Positions 30,719 through 40,803 are shown, numbered from the stretch's first letter. The stretch is DNA of 64,000 bases from Candidatus Dormiibacterota bacterium (GCA_963701235.1 OY969577.1:2217951-2281950); one strand, 5' to 3'. Translations and numbers: made by a program. Notes: generated from the letters alone by a model not told the origin.

Positions 30719-32338
30719 TTATCCCCGCAGCCCGGCCAGGAGCTTGGTGCCGTCGGGGCTGCCCCAGCCGGTACAGGGGTCCCAGCCGGGGCCTGCTTTG
30801 TAAGCGCCATTGTTGCCGTTGGTGATGTCTCGGGTTACCCCTTCGGCCTCCAGCGTCTGGTAGAGGATGGGGTTGAGGTAGCCCGGGCTGCGGCCCAGCG
30901 CCTGGGCACATCGGACCAGCAGAGCCGCCCACAGCGGCGCCACCGCACTCGTGCCTCCAAAGACCGTCGACTGACCGTCGACCAGCACCTGGTAGCCGCT
31001 CTCGGGATCAGCGTCGCCGGAGACATCTGGGACCCCGCGCCCCGACTTGTGCCCGGGATCAGCCGAGGGTGGCACGTGGGCTCCAGCCTGCCACGATGGC
31101 AGGGCGAACTCGGCGCTGACGCCGCCGCCCGTGGCACCACCTGCGGGTCCTTCGTTCCAAACCACCTCGGCGCTGATGAGGTTGCCGCTCGAGGTGAGGC
31201 GAGTCCCGCCGCAGGCCAGCACATGCGGGCTTGAGGCCGGGAAGTCGACGTTGGCCTGGCCGTTCTGGAGGCCGTCGTCGGAGCCGTTGTCGCCGGCGGC
31301 GACGCAGATCGTCACTCCCACCAGGGCGCCATCCTGCAACGCCTGATCGAAGGCGAGCATGGTCGCCGGAGGCCAGTTCGCCTCGGCGCTGCCCCAGCTG
31401 ATGGAGATGGCGGTGGGGCGATTGACGTCGTCGTGGAGCGCCGCGTTGATGGCGTCGAGGAATCCCTGGTCGGTGTTGGGGGCGAAGTAGACCGCCAGGC
31501 GAACCCCGGGTGCGGTTGACCCCGCCACCTCTATGTCCAGCATCACCTCTCCATCCGGTCCATCCACGACACCGGTGGGCTGGTTCTCAGCTCCGTCGAC
31601 CGAGACGGCCAGCACCTCGGGTGGGGGCAACTGCAGTTGCCGGAAGTAGGCGGTGATGTCCGCGGTTCGGAACCCGCCCCCCAGTTCGATCAGGCCGATG
31701 CACTCTCCGGCCCCGGTGGTGCCGGCCGGAAAGGAGTAAAGCTCCGCAAGCTGGGGCGGCGGGTAGCCCGCGGTCGTCGAACTAGCGGCGGGGCGGACCC
31801 CGGTGGCAGCAGACCGAACCCGGAAATGAGGCGCAGCCACGGGTCTGGTGTCGAGACCGAGCACCGCCACCACCAGCCCAGCAAGATCGCTGGGGAGCGA
31901 TATCGGACCCGTCACGGACCGGTACTCGCGGCCAGCAAACATACGGCGGCGCAGCTCAACGCCGAAGAGATCGCTCAGACGTCCCAGGGAACCCTGGACC
32001 GTGGCGGTGCGGCGGCCGGCCGCGACCGCCAACAGTTGCAGCCCGGCGCTTTGGCACCAATTCTGGAGCGACGCCACGTCGGCTGGATCGGCGCCCCGAA
32101 CGGTGGCCAGCTGCTCCCGCGAAAGATGGGCTCGAAGCTCGGGCCGGATCCGGCCGATGTCCTCGGGGATTGGCGTCGTGGCGTCGCCGCGGGGTCGCAG
32201 CACCAGGGTGACAGTCGCTTCCTCGCCGGTGTCGACCGGCCCGATGTCGCTCCAGCCGGAAACCACTGAACCAGGGTCCGGCTCTGGGGCGGGGGCACCT
32301 CCCGGGGCGGGCGGCGGGCCTGAGTCAGCGGGTGCCAT
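30719..32338 (-). CDS. S53-family (sedolisin/kumamolisin-like) serine peptidase with pro-kumamolisin activation domain
   Basis: GGTSAVAPLWAAL catalytic Ser motif and an N-terminal pro-domain-like region. Confidence 0.7.
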   Translation of the reverse strand: MAPADSGPPPAPGGAPAPEPDPGSVVSGWSDIGPVDTGEEATVTLVLRPRGDATTPIPEDIGRIRPELRAHLSREQLATVRGADPADVASLQNWCQSAGLQLLAVAAGRRTATVQGSLGRLSDLFGVELRRRMFAGREYRSVTGPISLPSDLAGLVVAVLGLDTRPVAAPHFRVRSAATGVRPAASSTTAGYPPPQLAELYSFPAGTTGAGECIGLIELGGGFRTADITAYFRQLQLPPPEVLAVSVDGAENQPTGVVDGPDGEVMLDIEVAGSTAPGVRLAVYFAPNTDQGFLDAINAALHDDVNRPTAISISWGSAEANWPPATMLAFDQALQDGALVGVTICVAAGDNGSDDGLQNGQANVDFPASSPHVLACGGTRLTSSGNLISAEVVWNEGPAGGATGGGVSAEFALPSWQAGAHVPPSADPGHKSGRGVPDVSGDADPESGYQVLVDGQSTVFGGTSAVAPLWAALLVRCAQALGRSPGYLNPILYQTLEAEGVTRDITNGNNGAYKAGPGWDPCTGWGSPDGTKLLAGLRG

Positions 32339-32427
32339 GTCCCCAAGTATCCTCGCCGCTGCAGGCCTCCCGGACCCCGGAACGGGCCGCCATCTCCGTG
32401 CCCGGGCGACCCGCCTCCGGGGTCCAG

Positions 32428-33255
32428 TTAGCGCTCCAGCGCCAGCCCCCGGGTGATCTGGACCAGCCCAACAAAACTGCGGAAGACGGAGAGAGCGTCA
32501 TCTCCTTCAACCACCACCTCGAGCTCGGTGGCGGCTCGAACCCCGCGAACTTGCAGGGCCACCTCGGCCAGGTCGGCATTGCGAAGTCTTACCCCGAGCC
32601 GGAAGGGTGCCGTCAGGTGGGGTGGCGAGATCTCCCCGAGCCGGCGCAGGCTCTTAATCGCGGCGTCATGTATCAGCCGGCGAGCTATCGTGGGATGGAG
32701 GCTCTGAGCCGCCAGACGAGTGACTGACGGCTTCACAACCGCCATCTCGGCACCGCCCAGGACGGCCTCGGCCTGGGCGGCTGTGTGCTGATCGCCGGTG
32801 ATCAGGGTCACAGGGACTTGGTAGTGACTGGCCACCAGGGCGTTGATCCCGCTCTCCCCGACCAGGTGACCGTTGAGGGTGACGCCGTGAATTGCGGCTG
32901 GGTTGTAGGTGTGAGAGAGGGCCGAGGCGGGGCCGTCTATGGCGCCGTGATAGCCGATGAAGAAGACGGCGTCGAAGCTCGAATCCAGCCCCTCCATCAT
33001 GTAAAGAGGCTTGTGCCGCCCGGAGCAGTACTCGGCCTCAGCGTGGAGCTGGTCCGGGGTCAGGTTCTGCATCGCGCCGTGGGAGTCGTTGACCAGAAAC
33101 TCCTGGACACCCGCCTCGACGGCACCGTCGATGGCGGCGTTGACCTCCTCCAGCAGCAGCCGCCTTCCCAGCTCGAACTCGGGCCCCGGGGTGACTTGCT
33201 GCCAATCGACGATCCCCGCAACCCCCTCCATGTCGCAGGAGATGAAAACTTTCAA
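32428..33255 (-). CDS. M55-family D-aminopeptidase (DppA-like)
   Basis: KVFISCDMEGVAGI...NDSHGAMQNL; TTG start 7 nt after AGGAGG; the track ORF extension (about 115 aa) is rejected. Confidence 0.7.
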   Translation of the reverse strand: MKVFISCDMEGVAGIVDWQQVTPGPEFELGRRLLLEEVNAAIDGAVEAGVQEFLVNDSHGAMQNLTPDQLHAEAEYCSGRHKPLYMMEGLDSSFDAVFFIGYHGAIDGPASALSHTYNPAAIHGVTLNGHLVGESGINALVASHYQVPVTLITGDQHTAAQAEAVLGGAEMAVVKPSVTRLAAQSLHPTIARRLIHDAAIKSLRRLGEISPPHLTAPFRLGVRLRNADLAEVALQVRGVRAATELEVVVEGDDALSVFRSFVGLVQITRGLALER

Positions 33256-33319
33256 TTTGGTGCCTCCTATGGTCAACCGTTCGGCGCCAGCGGCCAGAAA
33301 CGGGCCCGGCGCTCGACCT

Positions 33320-34300
33320 TCAGGTGATCTTCTCCAACTCCGCCCAGTCCCCGGCGCTGGGGGACCATGACGCCGCCTCGACGTTGGCCTCCACCTGCTC
33401 CGCGCTGGTGGCGCCGGCGATGACCGAGCCCACCTGGGGACGGCCCAGCAGAGACCCAATCGCCACCTGGAGGAGCGAGATCCCACGCTGCTTGGCAAAC
33501 CCCTCCAGGCGTTCCAGGACGTCAAAACGCTGCTCGTCCTCCAGCATCTGGGCGAAGCCGGGCCGGGAAGCCCGGGACCCGGGTGGCGGTGCCTCACCAC
33601 GGTGGTATTTGCCGGTCAGCAAGCCGTTGGCCAGTGGAGAGTAGGGCAGCAGACCCAGCCCCAAGTGGTCCAGGGCCGGGAGCAACTCTCGTTCGGGCTC
33701 GCGGTCGAGGAGGCTGTACTGGTTCTGGGCCGACACGAAAGCGGTGAGTCCCAGCGAGCGAGCGGTCCAGTCGGCCTCCACCACCTGCCAGGCGTCGAAG
33801 TTGGAGCAGCCGATCCATCGCACCATGCCTTGCTGCACCAGCTGATGCATCGCGCCAAGAGTCTCGGCGATCGGTGTGGCGGGATCGGGCTGGTGCATCT
33901 GATAGAGGTCGATCACGTCGACATCTAGCCGTCTGAGGCTGGACTCGACGGCGTCGCGAATGTAGGCCGGGGTACCGCGCCGCTGCTCGGGGTCCTCACC
34001 GCCACGTGGCATCCCGAACTTGGTGGCGATGATCGCCTCCCCGCGCCGCTCCCGCAGAGCTCGACCCAGGAGCCGCTCGCTCTCGCCGGAGCCGTAGATG
34101 TCAGCGGTGTCAAAGAGGTTGATGCCCCGGTCGAGGGCGGTGTCCACGGTCGGTCCCACGGCGGCGTCGTCCATGCGCCTGCCGAAGTTGTTGGTGCCGA
34201 GACCGACCACCGAAACCAGCGGCCCCCCGCGTCCCAGCTCCCGCCGCTCGAGGTCAGCCGTGTTGGCCACTTGGGCACTCGCTCCTCTTGAGTCTTCCAA
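33320..34300 (-). CDS. aldo/keto reductase
   Basis: GLGTNNFG...INLFDTADIYG...IATKFG motifs. Confidence 0.8.
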   Translation of the reverse strand: MEDSRGASAQVANTADLERRELGRGGPLVSVVGLGTNNFGRRMDDAAVGPTVDTALDRGINLFDTADIYGSGESERLLGRALRERRGEAIIATKFGMPRGGEDPEQRRGTPAYIRDAVESSLRRLDVDVIDLYQMHQPDPATPIAETLGAMHQLVQQGMVRWIGCSNFDAWQVVEADWTARSLGLTAFVSAQNQYSLLDREPERELLPALDHLGLGLLPYSPLANGLLTGKYHRGEAPPPGSRASRPGFAQMLEDEQRFDVLERLEGFAKQRGISLLQVAIGSLLGRPQVGSVIAGATSAEQVEANVEAASWSPSAGDWAELEKIT

Positions 34301-34309
34301 CTACGCCGT

Positions 34310-34333
34310 CCGCATGGTGTCAGATCCATGCGG
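34310..34333. promoter_or_regulatory. perfect 8-bp inverted repeat CCGCATGG-n8-CCATGCGG in the AKR/glyoxalase divergent intergenic region
   Basis: Seen directly; candidate operator or stem-loop. Confidence 0.4.
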
Positions 34334-34528
34334 CCGCTTGCCGAGTTCGGGCATGGCCCAGGGCCGGGGGTTGCTGCGGCACGGCCGTTTACCTGATTCG
34401 GCTCTATCCTGAGAGGCTGCGAGCGTTGAAAGGGTCGGGGGCTTGTCAGCCCGCCGGAGGCATGGGCAGTCCGGGTTGGCCGCGGATGTCACCGGTAGCG
34501 TCAGCTACAGATGGAGTCAGACGTAATG

Positions 34529-34972
34529 GAAGTGAAGGAGTTAGGGCACCTCGTGCTCTACGTGCACGACATCAACCGCTCGGCGGATTTCTATGGCAAG
34601 GTGCTGGGATGGAAGCGGATCTCACCGGAGGGTCTGCCCGTCGCTGCGTTCTCGAGCGGGCGCACCCATCACGAGCTGCTGCTGATCGAAGTGGGCCCGA
34701 ACGCCCAGGAAATCCCCCAGGGTCGTCGGGTTGGCCTCTACCACTTCGGCCTCAAGGTGGCCGACTCCGACGAGGAGCTCAAGGCCGTGTTAGATCACAT
34801 CCGGGAGGCGGGGGTGACCGTGGTGGGAACAGCAGACCACACGGTCACCCACAGCATCTACATCGCCGATCCGGACGGCAATGAGATCGAGCTCTACTCC
34901 GACGTCGCCGGCGTCGACTGGCGCAACGATCCCGACCTGATTCTGACACCGACTCGGTCCCTGGCCCTCTGA
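34529..34972 (+). CDS. VOC-family (glyoxalase/bleomycin-resistance/extradiol dioxygenase-like) protein
   Basis: LGHLVLYVHDINRSADFYGKVLGW and C-terminal metal-binding H/E pattern. Confidence 0.7.
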   Translation, partial: EVKELGHLVLYVHDINRSADFYGKVLGWKRISPEGLPVAAFSSGRTHHELLLIEVGPNAQEIPQGRRVGLYHFGLKVADSDEELKAVLDHIREAGVTVVGTADHTVTHSIYIADPDGNEIELYSDVAGVDWRNDPDLILTPTRSLAL

Positions 34973-35018
34973 GGAAAATCAGGGAATTCGACAAGGGGCT
35001 GGGAGAAGTAAATCGGAG

Positions 35019-35033
35019 CCCACTTCGTGGGCT
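35019..35033 (+). terminator. stem-loop GCCCACttcGTGGGC downstream of the glyoxalase gene
   Basis: 6-bp perfect stem, 3-nt loop; no U-tract (common in high-GC genomes). Confidence 0.35.
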
Positions 35034-35048
35034 GGGAGGGCTGGAGCG

Positions 35049-35909
35049 ATGACGAGACAAATCCTCGCGACGACGGTCGGCGTGGTAATGCTGGCAGCCG
35101 CGGGAGTCACTGGGTCGGTAACCACCACGGTGGTGGCCAAATCTCCCTCAACCATCTCCGGCTGTGCACCGGCGCAACTCCATGTCTTCCGATCTGGCCG
35201 ACTAACCGTTGCGACGGACAGTCCCGCCTACACTCCCTGGTTTGAGCACAATCAACCCAAGAATGGTGAGGGATACGAGAGCGCAGTCGCGTACGCCATC
35301 GCAGCCAAACTGGGCTTCAAAAAGAGCCAGGTGCATTGGACCATCGAGTCGTTCGACAGCTCGTACGCCCCGGGACCCAAGTCCTTTGATTTCGACATCA
35401 ATGAAATCACGGTAACCGCCGCGCGAGCCACGGCCGTCACCTTCAGCGAAGGCTACTACAACGACCGCGAAGCGCTGATCACCGTCAAGGGTCAGGAGAT
35501 GGTGAGTGATCACTCGCCGACCCAGCTTGAGCAATACAAGTACGGTGACCAGGTAGGCACCACCAGCCTCACCTACATCGAGGACCACATCCTGCCGACC
35601 CAGACCCCCTCCGTCTACAGCAACCTCAACGACGTCGCATCAGCACTCTCCAACCACACCATCCAAGGGTTTGTCACCGACGCTCCCACCGCCCAATACA
35701 TGGCGGCCTCGGGAGAGGTCAAGCACGGAGTCGTGGTTGGGCAGTTCCCCAGCGACGACGAGGTCTACGGTCTGCTCTTCGCCAAAGGCAATCCTCTGGT
35801 TGGCTGTGTCAACAAGGCGATCAGCAGACTCAAGTCCAATGGCACCTTGAGCCGGCTGCAGAACCGCTGGCTGGGGATCTACAACAAAATCCCCACCATC
35901 CAGCCCTAG
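35049..35909 (+). CDS. polar amino acid ABC transporter substrate-binding protein (family 3)
   Basis: N-terminal signal peptide; SBP_bac_3-like sequence. Confidence 0.7.
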   Translation: MTRQILATTVGVVMLAAAGVTGSVTTTVVAKSPSTISGCAPAQLHVFRSGRLTVATDSPAYTPWFEHNQPKNGEGYESAVAYAIAAKLGFKKSQVHWTIESFDSSYAPGPKSFDFDINEITVTAARATAVTFSEGYYNDREALITVKGQEMVSDHSPTQLEQYKYGDQVGTTSLTYIEDHILPTQTPSVYSNLNDVASALSNHTIQGFVTDAPTAQYMAASGEVKHGVVVGQFPSDDEVYGLLFAKGNPLVGCVNKAISRLKSNGTLSRLQNRWLGIYNKIPTIQP

Positions 35910-35929
35910 GCAAGCCGACCGGTCTCCCC

Positions 35930-36847
35930 TTGCTCTCCGACCGCGACGGACTGGAGGCGGGGCCGCTCGTGGTCGCGGGCGGTCCACCCACCACCAGCCT
36001 AGGCGGGGGGCGGAGTCGAGCGCAGGGCGGCAAGCGGGCCGTCGCAATCTCGACGGTGAGCACCATCGTCATCCTGGGGGTGCTGTTTGGGGGTTTCTTC
36101 TTCGCTCCCGGCAGCGGCGTGGTGCGGCAAACTTTCTTCAATCTCAAGGACGCCCGCACCGCCTTCTTCGGCGACCCCCGGATCGGGATATTCTCGGAGG
36201 GCTCGGCCCTACTTCTCAACATCGCGATGTTTCTCAGTGCCGAGATCCTGATCCTGATTCTGGCGATGGTTATCGCGATGGTCCGACAGCTCCGGGGACC
36301 GGTGTCCTTTCCCTTCCGAATGCTGGCCATCGCCTACACGGATTTCTTCCGCGGCGTGCCCCTGATCCTGGTCATCTACGCCATCGGCTTTGGGGTCCCG
36401 GCGCTGTACCTGGCGGGAATCTCCTACGCGTCGGTGTTTGTCTACGGCGAGGCCGCCCTGGTCCTCTCCTACTCGGCCTATGTCTCCGAGGTCTATCGAG
36501 CCGGGATCGAGTCGGTCCACCCGAGCCAGGTCGCCGCCGCCCGCTCGCTCGGGCTCTCGCAGTGGCAGTCGATGCGCTCAGTGGTGATACCTCAGGCGGT
36601 GCGGCGGGTGATACCTCCCCTCCTCAACGACTTCATCAGCCTCCAGAAGGACACGGCTCTGGTGTCGGTACTGGGGGTGATCGAGGTCAACCGGGCGGCA
36701 GGGATCGTCAGCTCCACTGACTTCAACTACACCGGCTACACCGTCGCCGCTCTCCTCTTCCTGCTGCTGACGGTGCCGCTGGCACGCTTCACCGATTACC
36801 TCATCGCCCGCGATCGCCGACGGCGCCAGGCCGGCATCGCGCGCTGA
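35930..36847 (+). CDS. amino acid ABC transporter permease (HisM/GlnP type)
   Basis: EAA-like loop (SLGLSQWQSMRSVVIPQAVRRVIPPLLN), multi-TM. Confidence 0.8.
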   Translation: MLSDRDGLEAGPLVVAGGPPTTSLGGGRSRAQGGKRAVAISTVSTIVILGVLFGGFFFAPGSGVVRQTFFNLKDARTAFFGDPRIGIFSEGSALLLNIAMFLSAEILILILAMVIAMVRQLRGPVSFPFRMLAIAYTDFFRGVPLILVIYAIGFGVPALYLAGISYASVFVYGEAALVLSYSAYVSEVYRAGIESVHPSQVAAARSLGLSQWQSMRSVVIPQAVRRVIPPLLNDFISLQKDTALVSVLGVIEVNRAAGIVSSTDFNYTGYTVAALLFLLLTVPLARFTDYLIARDRRRRQAGIAR

Positions 36848-37620
36848 TGACGGACACCCTGGCACCCCTCGACCCCAGCCTGGCGCTGCAGCTGGACGGC
36901 ATCCACAAATCCTTCGATCACACCCAGGTCCTCAAGGGGATCGACCTGGCGGTGGCACCCCATGAGGTGATCTGCCTCATCGGCGCCTCCGGGTCCGGCA
37001 AGTCGACCCTGCTGCGCTGCATCAACCTCTTGGAGGAGATTGATCAGGGCCGAATCGTTTTCTTCGGTGAGGACATCACTGGCGGCACGGTCGACGTGAA
37101 CCTGGTGCGGCGACAGATCGGGATCGTCTTCCAGTCCTTCAACCTCTTCCCGCACATGACCGTGCTCCACAACCTGACGTTGGCCCCCATCCGGGTCTTG
37201 CACAAACCGCGCCAGCAGGCGGAGGCGGAGGCAGACTCACTTCTACGGCAACTCGGCCTGCTCGATAAGCGCCGGGAGTACCCCGACCGGCTGTCAGGGG
37301 GTCAGCAGCAGCGAGCGGCGATAGCTCGAGCCTTGGCGATGCAGCCTCGACTGATGCTCCTCGACGAGGTCACCTCAGCGCTCGACCCAGAGCTGGTGGC
37401 GGAGGTGCTCAACGTGATCCGTTCCCTCGCCCAGGCGGGCATGACCATGGTCATCGCCACCCACGAGATGGGGTTCGCCCGAGACATCGCCAATCGGGTC
37501 TGCTTTCTGGACGACGGCGTGATTCTGGAGCAGGGCACTCCGGAGCAGATCTTTCACCAGCCCACGCAGGAACGTACTCAGCGCTTCCTGCAGAGCATCA
37601 TCGACGCCGGCAGGCTCTGA
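36847..37620 (+). CDS. amino acid ABC transporter ATP-binding protein
   Basis: GASGSGKSTLLRCIN, LSGGQQQRAAIARAL, LMLLDEVTSALD. Confidence 0.85.
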   Translation: MTDTLAPLDPSLALQLDGIHKSFDHTQVLKGIDLAVAPHEVICLIGASGSGKSTLLRCINLLEEIDQGRIVFFGEDITGGTVDVNLVRRQIGIVFQSFNLFPHMTVLHNLTLAPIRVLHKPRQQAEAEADSLLRQLGLLDKRREYPDRLSGGQQQRAAIARALAMQPRLMLLDEVTSALDPELVAEVLNVIRSLAQAGMTMVIATHEMGFARDIANRVCFLDDGVILEQGTPEQIFHQPTQERTQRFLQSIIDAGRL

Positions 37621-37721
37621 AAACCTTGCTTTGGACAATGCACAATTCCCCACATCGTTGAGCAGCAAATCTCCGCCGGCCAGCTGGCTGGCGCCGCTGC
37701 CTACAACACCAGGAGGGCCCG

Positions 37722-38213
37722 ATGAGGTTCGTACCGGAGTTCCACCCGCGCACCAAAGCGGTCCTGGAAGGCACCGCGAAGAAGCCCGGCAAGGTCACCG
37801 ACCAACTCGACCGCAGCACCCCCATCAACCGTGTCAACTCGTTCCTGGCGGTGAAGATCACCCAGGGCGTGGGGTCGATGTGGTGCGCCTACATCTTCGC
37901 GATCATCGCCCTGGTCGGGCTGCCAGCAGCCCTCCATCCCGGCGGGGAGGGAATCATCGCCTGGATCGCCCAGACGTTCCTCCAGTTGGTGCTGTTGAGC
38001 ATCATCATCGTCGGTACCAATATTCAATCGGCGGCCTCAGACGTTCGCGCGGCACACACCTACGAAGACGCTGAGGCAGTACTACACGAGGCGGTGCAGA
38101 TACAGCTGCACCTGCAAGCTCAGGACGAGGCGCTAACCGCGATGATAGCCGCTCACAAAGCACAGGAGGATTCGCTCAATGCGATCATGGCCGCTCACAA
38201 TGCTCCAGCTTGA
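37722..38213 (+). CDS. DUF1003-like small membrane protein
   Basis: Two TM helices plus a C-terminal coiled-coil; family assignment from memory only. Confidence 0.4.
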   Translation: MRFVPEFHPRTKAVLEGTAKKPGKVTDQLDRSTPINRVNSFLAVKITQGVGSMWCAYIFAIIALVGLPAALHPGGEGIIAWIAQTFLQLVLLSIIIVGTNIQSAASDVRAAHTYEDAEAVLHEAVQIQLHLQAQDEALTAMIAAHKAQEDSLNAIMAAHNAPA

Positions 38214-38303
38214 GTCGCTGACCCGTTGCCAAAACCGGGGTAACTCCATCGCCCGGATCGCGCTCGCGCCTGATGCGGGCGCGCAAGCGGGGAGGGTATA
38301 GCG

Positions 38304-39053
38304 GTGTCGGGTCGTGCAGTACTGGTGACGGGCGCCTCGCGGGGAATCGGGCGGGCGACAGCGCAGGCCTTCGCCGCGGGGGGCGACCGGGTCGCCGTCA
38401 ACTACCGGGACTCCGAGGCGTTGGCCGAAGAAGTGGTGCGTTCCCTGCCGGGATCCGGGCATGTGGCACTAAGGGCGGATGTGGCGGTCCCTGACCAGGC
38501 CCGTGGACTGGTGGAGTCCAGCGTCAAAGCCCTGGGCAGCATTGACGTGCTGGTCAACAACGCCGGGATCAGCGTGCCCCATGACATCACCGAGGGCAAC
38601 TTTCAGGCCTGGCATGAGGCCTGGGAGCGGACCCTAGCGGTGAACCTCAACGGCACCGCCTACGTCACTTACTGGACAGTGCAGCAGATGCTCGGCCGTG
38701 GCGGTCGGATCATCAACATCAGCTCGCGCGGGGCCTTCCGCGGAGAACCTGACCAACCCGGGTACGCTGCCAGCAAGGCCGGTATGAACGCTTTTGGCCA
38801 GTCCCTGGCGCGAGCCCTGGCTCCCCACGGGATCGGAGTGATGACCATCGCCCCGGGATGGGTGGCGACGGACATGTCCAACGAGGAGTTGAAGCGGCCC
38901 AGAGGACAAGAGATCTTGACTCAGAGTCCCTTTGGCAGGGTGGCCCGACCCGAGGAGGTGGCCGCAGCCGCCGTCTTCTTCGCGTCACCCGATGCCGAGT
39001 TCACCAGCGGCGCGGTGCTTGACGTCAACGGCGCCTCCTATCTGCGCACCTGA
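38304..39053 (+). CDS. SDR-family oxidoreductase (FabG-like)
   Basis: TGASRGIGRA, NNAG, YAASKAG motifs. Confidence 0.8.
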   Translation: MSGRAVLVTGASRGIGRATAQAFAAGGDRVAVNYRDSEALAEEVVRSLPGSGHVALRADVAVPDQARGLVESSVKALGSIDVLVNNAGISVPHDITEGNFQAWHEAWERTLAVNLNGTAYVTYWTVQQMLGRGGRIINISSRGAFRGEPDQPGYAASKAGMNAFGQSLARALAPHGIGVMTIAPGWVATDMSNEELKRPRGQEILTQSPFGRVARPEEVAAAAVFFASPDAEFTSGAVLDVNGASYLRT

Positions 39054-39192
39054 CCGGCGGGGCGGCAGGCTGCAACGACCCCTGCGCGCTTAGACTGACC
39101 CGCGCTCATGAGTGGGGGACTCCACCGGACCGGCGGTGAGCAGGGCTGGGGCAGTAGCTTGCCTCTCCTGCGCCCCAGGGACCAAGTCTGAA

Positions 39193-40803
39193 ATGACCAA
39201 CCTCAGCCAGAGCTGGGCCCGGGAGCACGGCGGGCTGTCCACCAATCCTGCGGGTCGGATCCGCTGGCAGACCATCGTTGTGGGCACCGCCCTGCTGGCG
39301 GTGGCGCTGCGTCTGGCTACCCTGCTGCTGGCAGGTCATCTCACCGGGGTCTTCGAGTACGACGACGGTGTCTACTTCGGATCCGCGGTCCTGCTGATCC
39401 ACGGCCACCTGCCCTACCGCGACTTCGTGCTCATCCAGCCGCCTGGGCTGATCCTGCTGCTCACGCCGTTCGCCCTCCTGTCCAACTGGGTGGGGACCAG
39501 TCACGCCTTGGAATTGGCCAGGCTGGCTGTGCCGCTCGTGGCCGGGGCCAACGTCGTGCTGCTGGGGCTTGTGCTAAGGCGAAAGCCGCCGGTAGTGGTC
39601 CTGGTGGCCTGCCTGTTTCTGGCCGTCTTCCCCGACGACATCCTTGCCTCCACCGCACTGCTGTTAGAGCCGTTTCTGATCTTCTTCTGCCTGCTTGGAG
39701 TGCTGGCCATCTTCGATGGCGACCGGTTGAGCGACTCGGGTTGGCGGATCTTCTGGGCCGGGGTAGCGCTGGGATTCGCAGCCGACATCAAGCTCTGGGC
39801 CGCCTTTCCCGCCGTGGTGCTCTTTCTACTTTGCCTTCCCCGACCGGTCAGATCCCTCACCCTGGTTGGAGGCGCGGCACTGGGCTGGCTCCTGCCCACG
39901 CTGCCCTTCCTGGTCGCCGCCCCGGTCGCCTTCTGGCACCAGGTGGTGGTGGACCAGGCAGGACGCAGCGGAGCGTCAGCGCTGTCCCCACTGATCAGGC
40001 TCGAATTCCTTACCGGGGTCTGGCCTGGGCTGGGAGTGCCCGCAGGGCATCTCTACGAACTACTGGCGGCGGCCGTCGCCCTTGCTGTTGCCCTGGTAGT
40101 TCTGGCCGCTTTCGCGACTTTCCTGGGGGCTCCCGAGAGCGCTTCCTCGAGTCCCAGATGGGGAATCAGCCAGCTCGAGTTCTTCGCCCTGGGCACTCCC
40201 TTGGTCACCGGGGTGGCCCTCCTGATTCCTGCTGACTTCTTCTACCACTACGCGGCCTTCTTCGGCGCCTTCCTCGCCTTGGTCCTGGGATTGACGGCGG
40301 GCCGCCTGGCCCGCCTGCACCCCGAAGCGGTCCTGGCTTTGGTGGCGGTGGTCGGAGGACTGGGGGTGATCCATGCGCTGGCTATCCCCGTCCTTCTACA
40401 ACGGACCCCCACCCTGGGTTCCGAGATCGCCGCGGTGATCCCAGCCGGGAGCTGCGTGGTTGCGGATGACTCCGAGGAGCCCCTTACCGCGAACCGATTC
40501 GTGTCCTCCTCCGCTAACTGCCCCCTTCTGGTCGACGCCCTCGGCACCACCATCGCGATCTCCGGGAGCCAGGACCCCGCCAGTGTCCAGGCTCAGAAGG
40601 CCGCGGGTGCGTGGCTCTCGTACTTCCGGCGCGCGGACTACGTCATCCTGACCCCACTCAGCCCCACCCGGATTCCATGGGACGGCCGGCTGGAGAGATA
40701 CCTGGAACTGAACTTTCGAGCCGTCGCCAATACACCGGTTCTGATCCTGCGAAGGCTCCCGACCCAGGCCGACCAACCACAGTTTCACCTCCTGGGCGGC
40801 TGA
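39193..40803 (+). CDS. GT-C type integral membrane glycosyltransferase (DUF2029/GT87-like mannosyltransferase)
   Basis: Many TM helices; first-loop motif YDDGVYFGSAVLLIHGHLPYRDF typical of DUF2029 proteins. Confidence 0.55.
   Translation: MTNLSQSWAREHGGLSTNPAGRIRWQTIVVGTALLAVALRLATLLLAGHLTGVFEYDDGVYFGSAVLLIHGHLPYRDFVLIQPPGLILLLTPFALLSNWVGTSHALELARLAVPLVAGANVVLLGLVLRRKPPVVVLVACLFLAVFPDDILASTALLLEPFLIFFCLLGVLAIFDGDRLSDSGWRIFWAGVALGFAADIKLWAAFPAVVLFLLCLPRPVRSLTLVGGAALGWLLPTLPFLVAAPVAFWHQVVVDQAGRSGASALSPLIRLEFLTGVWPGLGVPAGHLYELLAAAVALAVALVVLAAFATFLGAPESASSSPRWGISQLEFFALGTPLVTGVALLIPADFFYHYAAFFGAFLALVLGLTAGRLARLHPEAVLALVAVVGGLGVIHALAIPVLLQRTPTLGSEIAAVIPAGSCVVADDSEEPLTANRFVSSSANCPLLVDALGTTIAISGSQDPASVQAQKAAGAWLSYFRRADYVILTPLSPTRIPWDGRLERYLELNFRAVANTPVLILRRLPTQADQPQFHLLGG

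Noticed and set aside
29577-30932. Track gives the DrrA-like ATPase a 451-aa ORF overlapping the S53 peptidase gene
   Set aside because: The first roughly 108 aa are Pro/Gly/Arg-rich noise running antisense into the peptidase gene. Trimmed to a GTG at 30608, which gives a normal roughly 343-aa ATPase starting just before Walker A.
32428-33600. 390-aa version of the M55 peptidase ORF
   Set aside because: The N-terminal 115 aa are low-complexity. A TTG with AGGAGG 7 nt upstream at 33255 gives the canonical roughly 275-aa DppA length.
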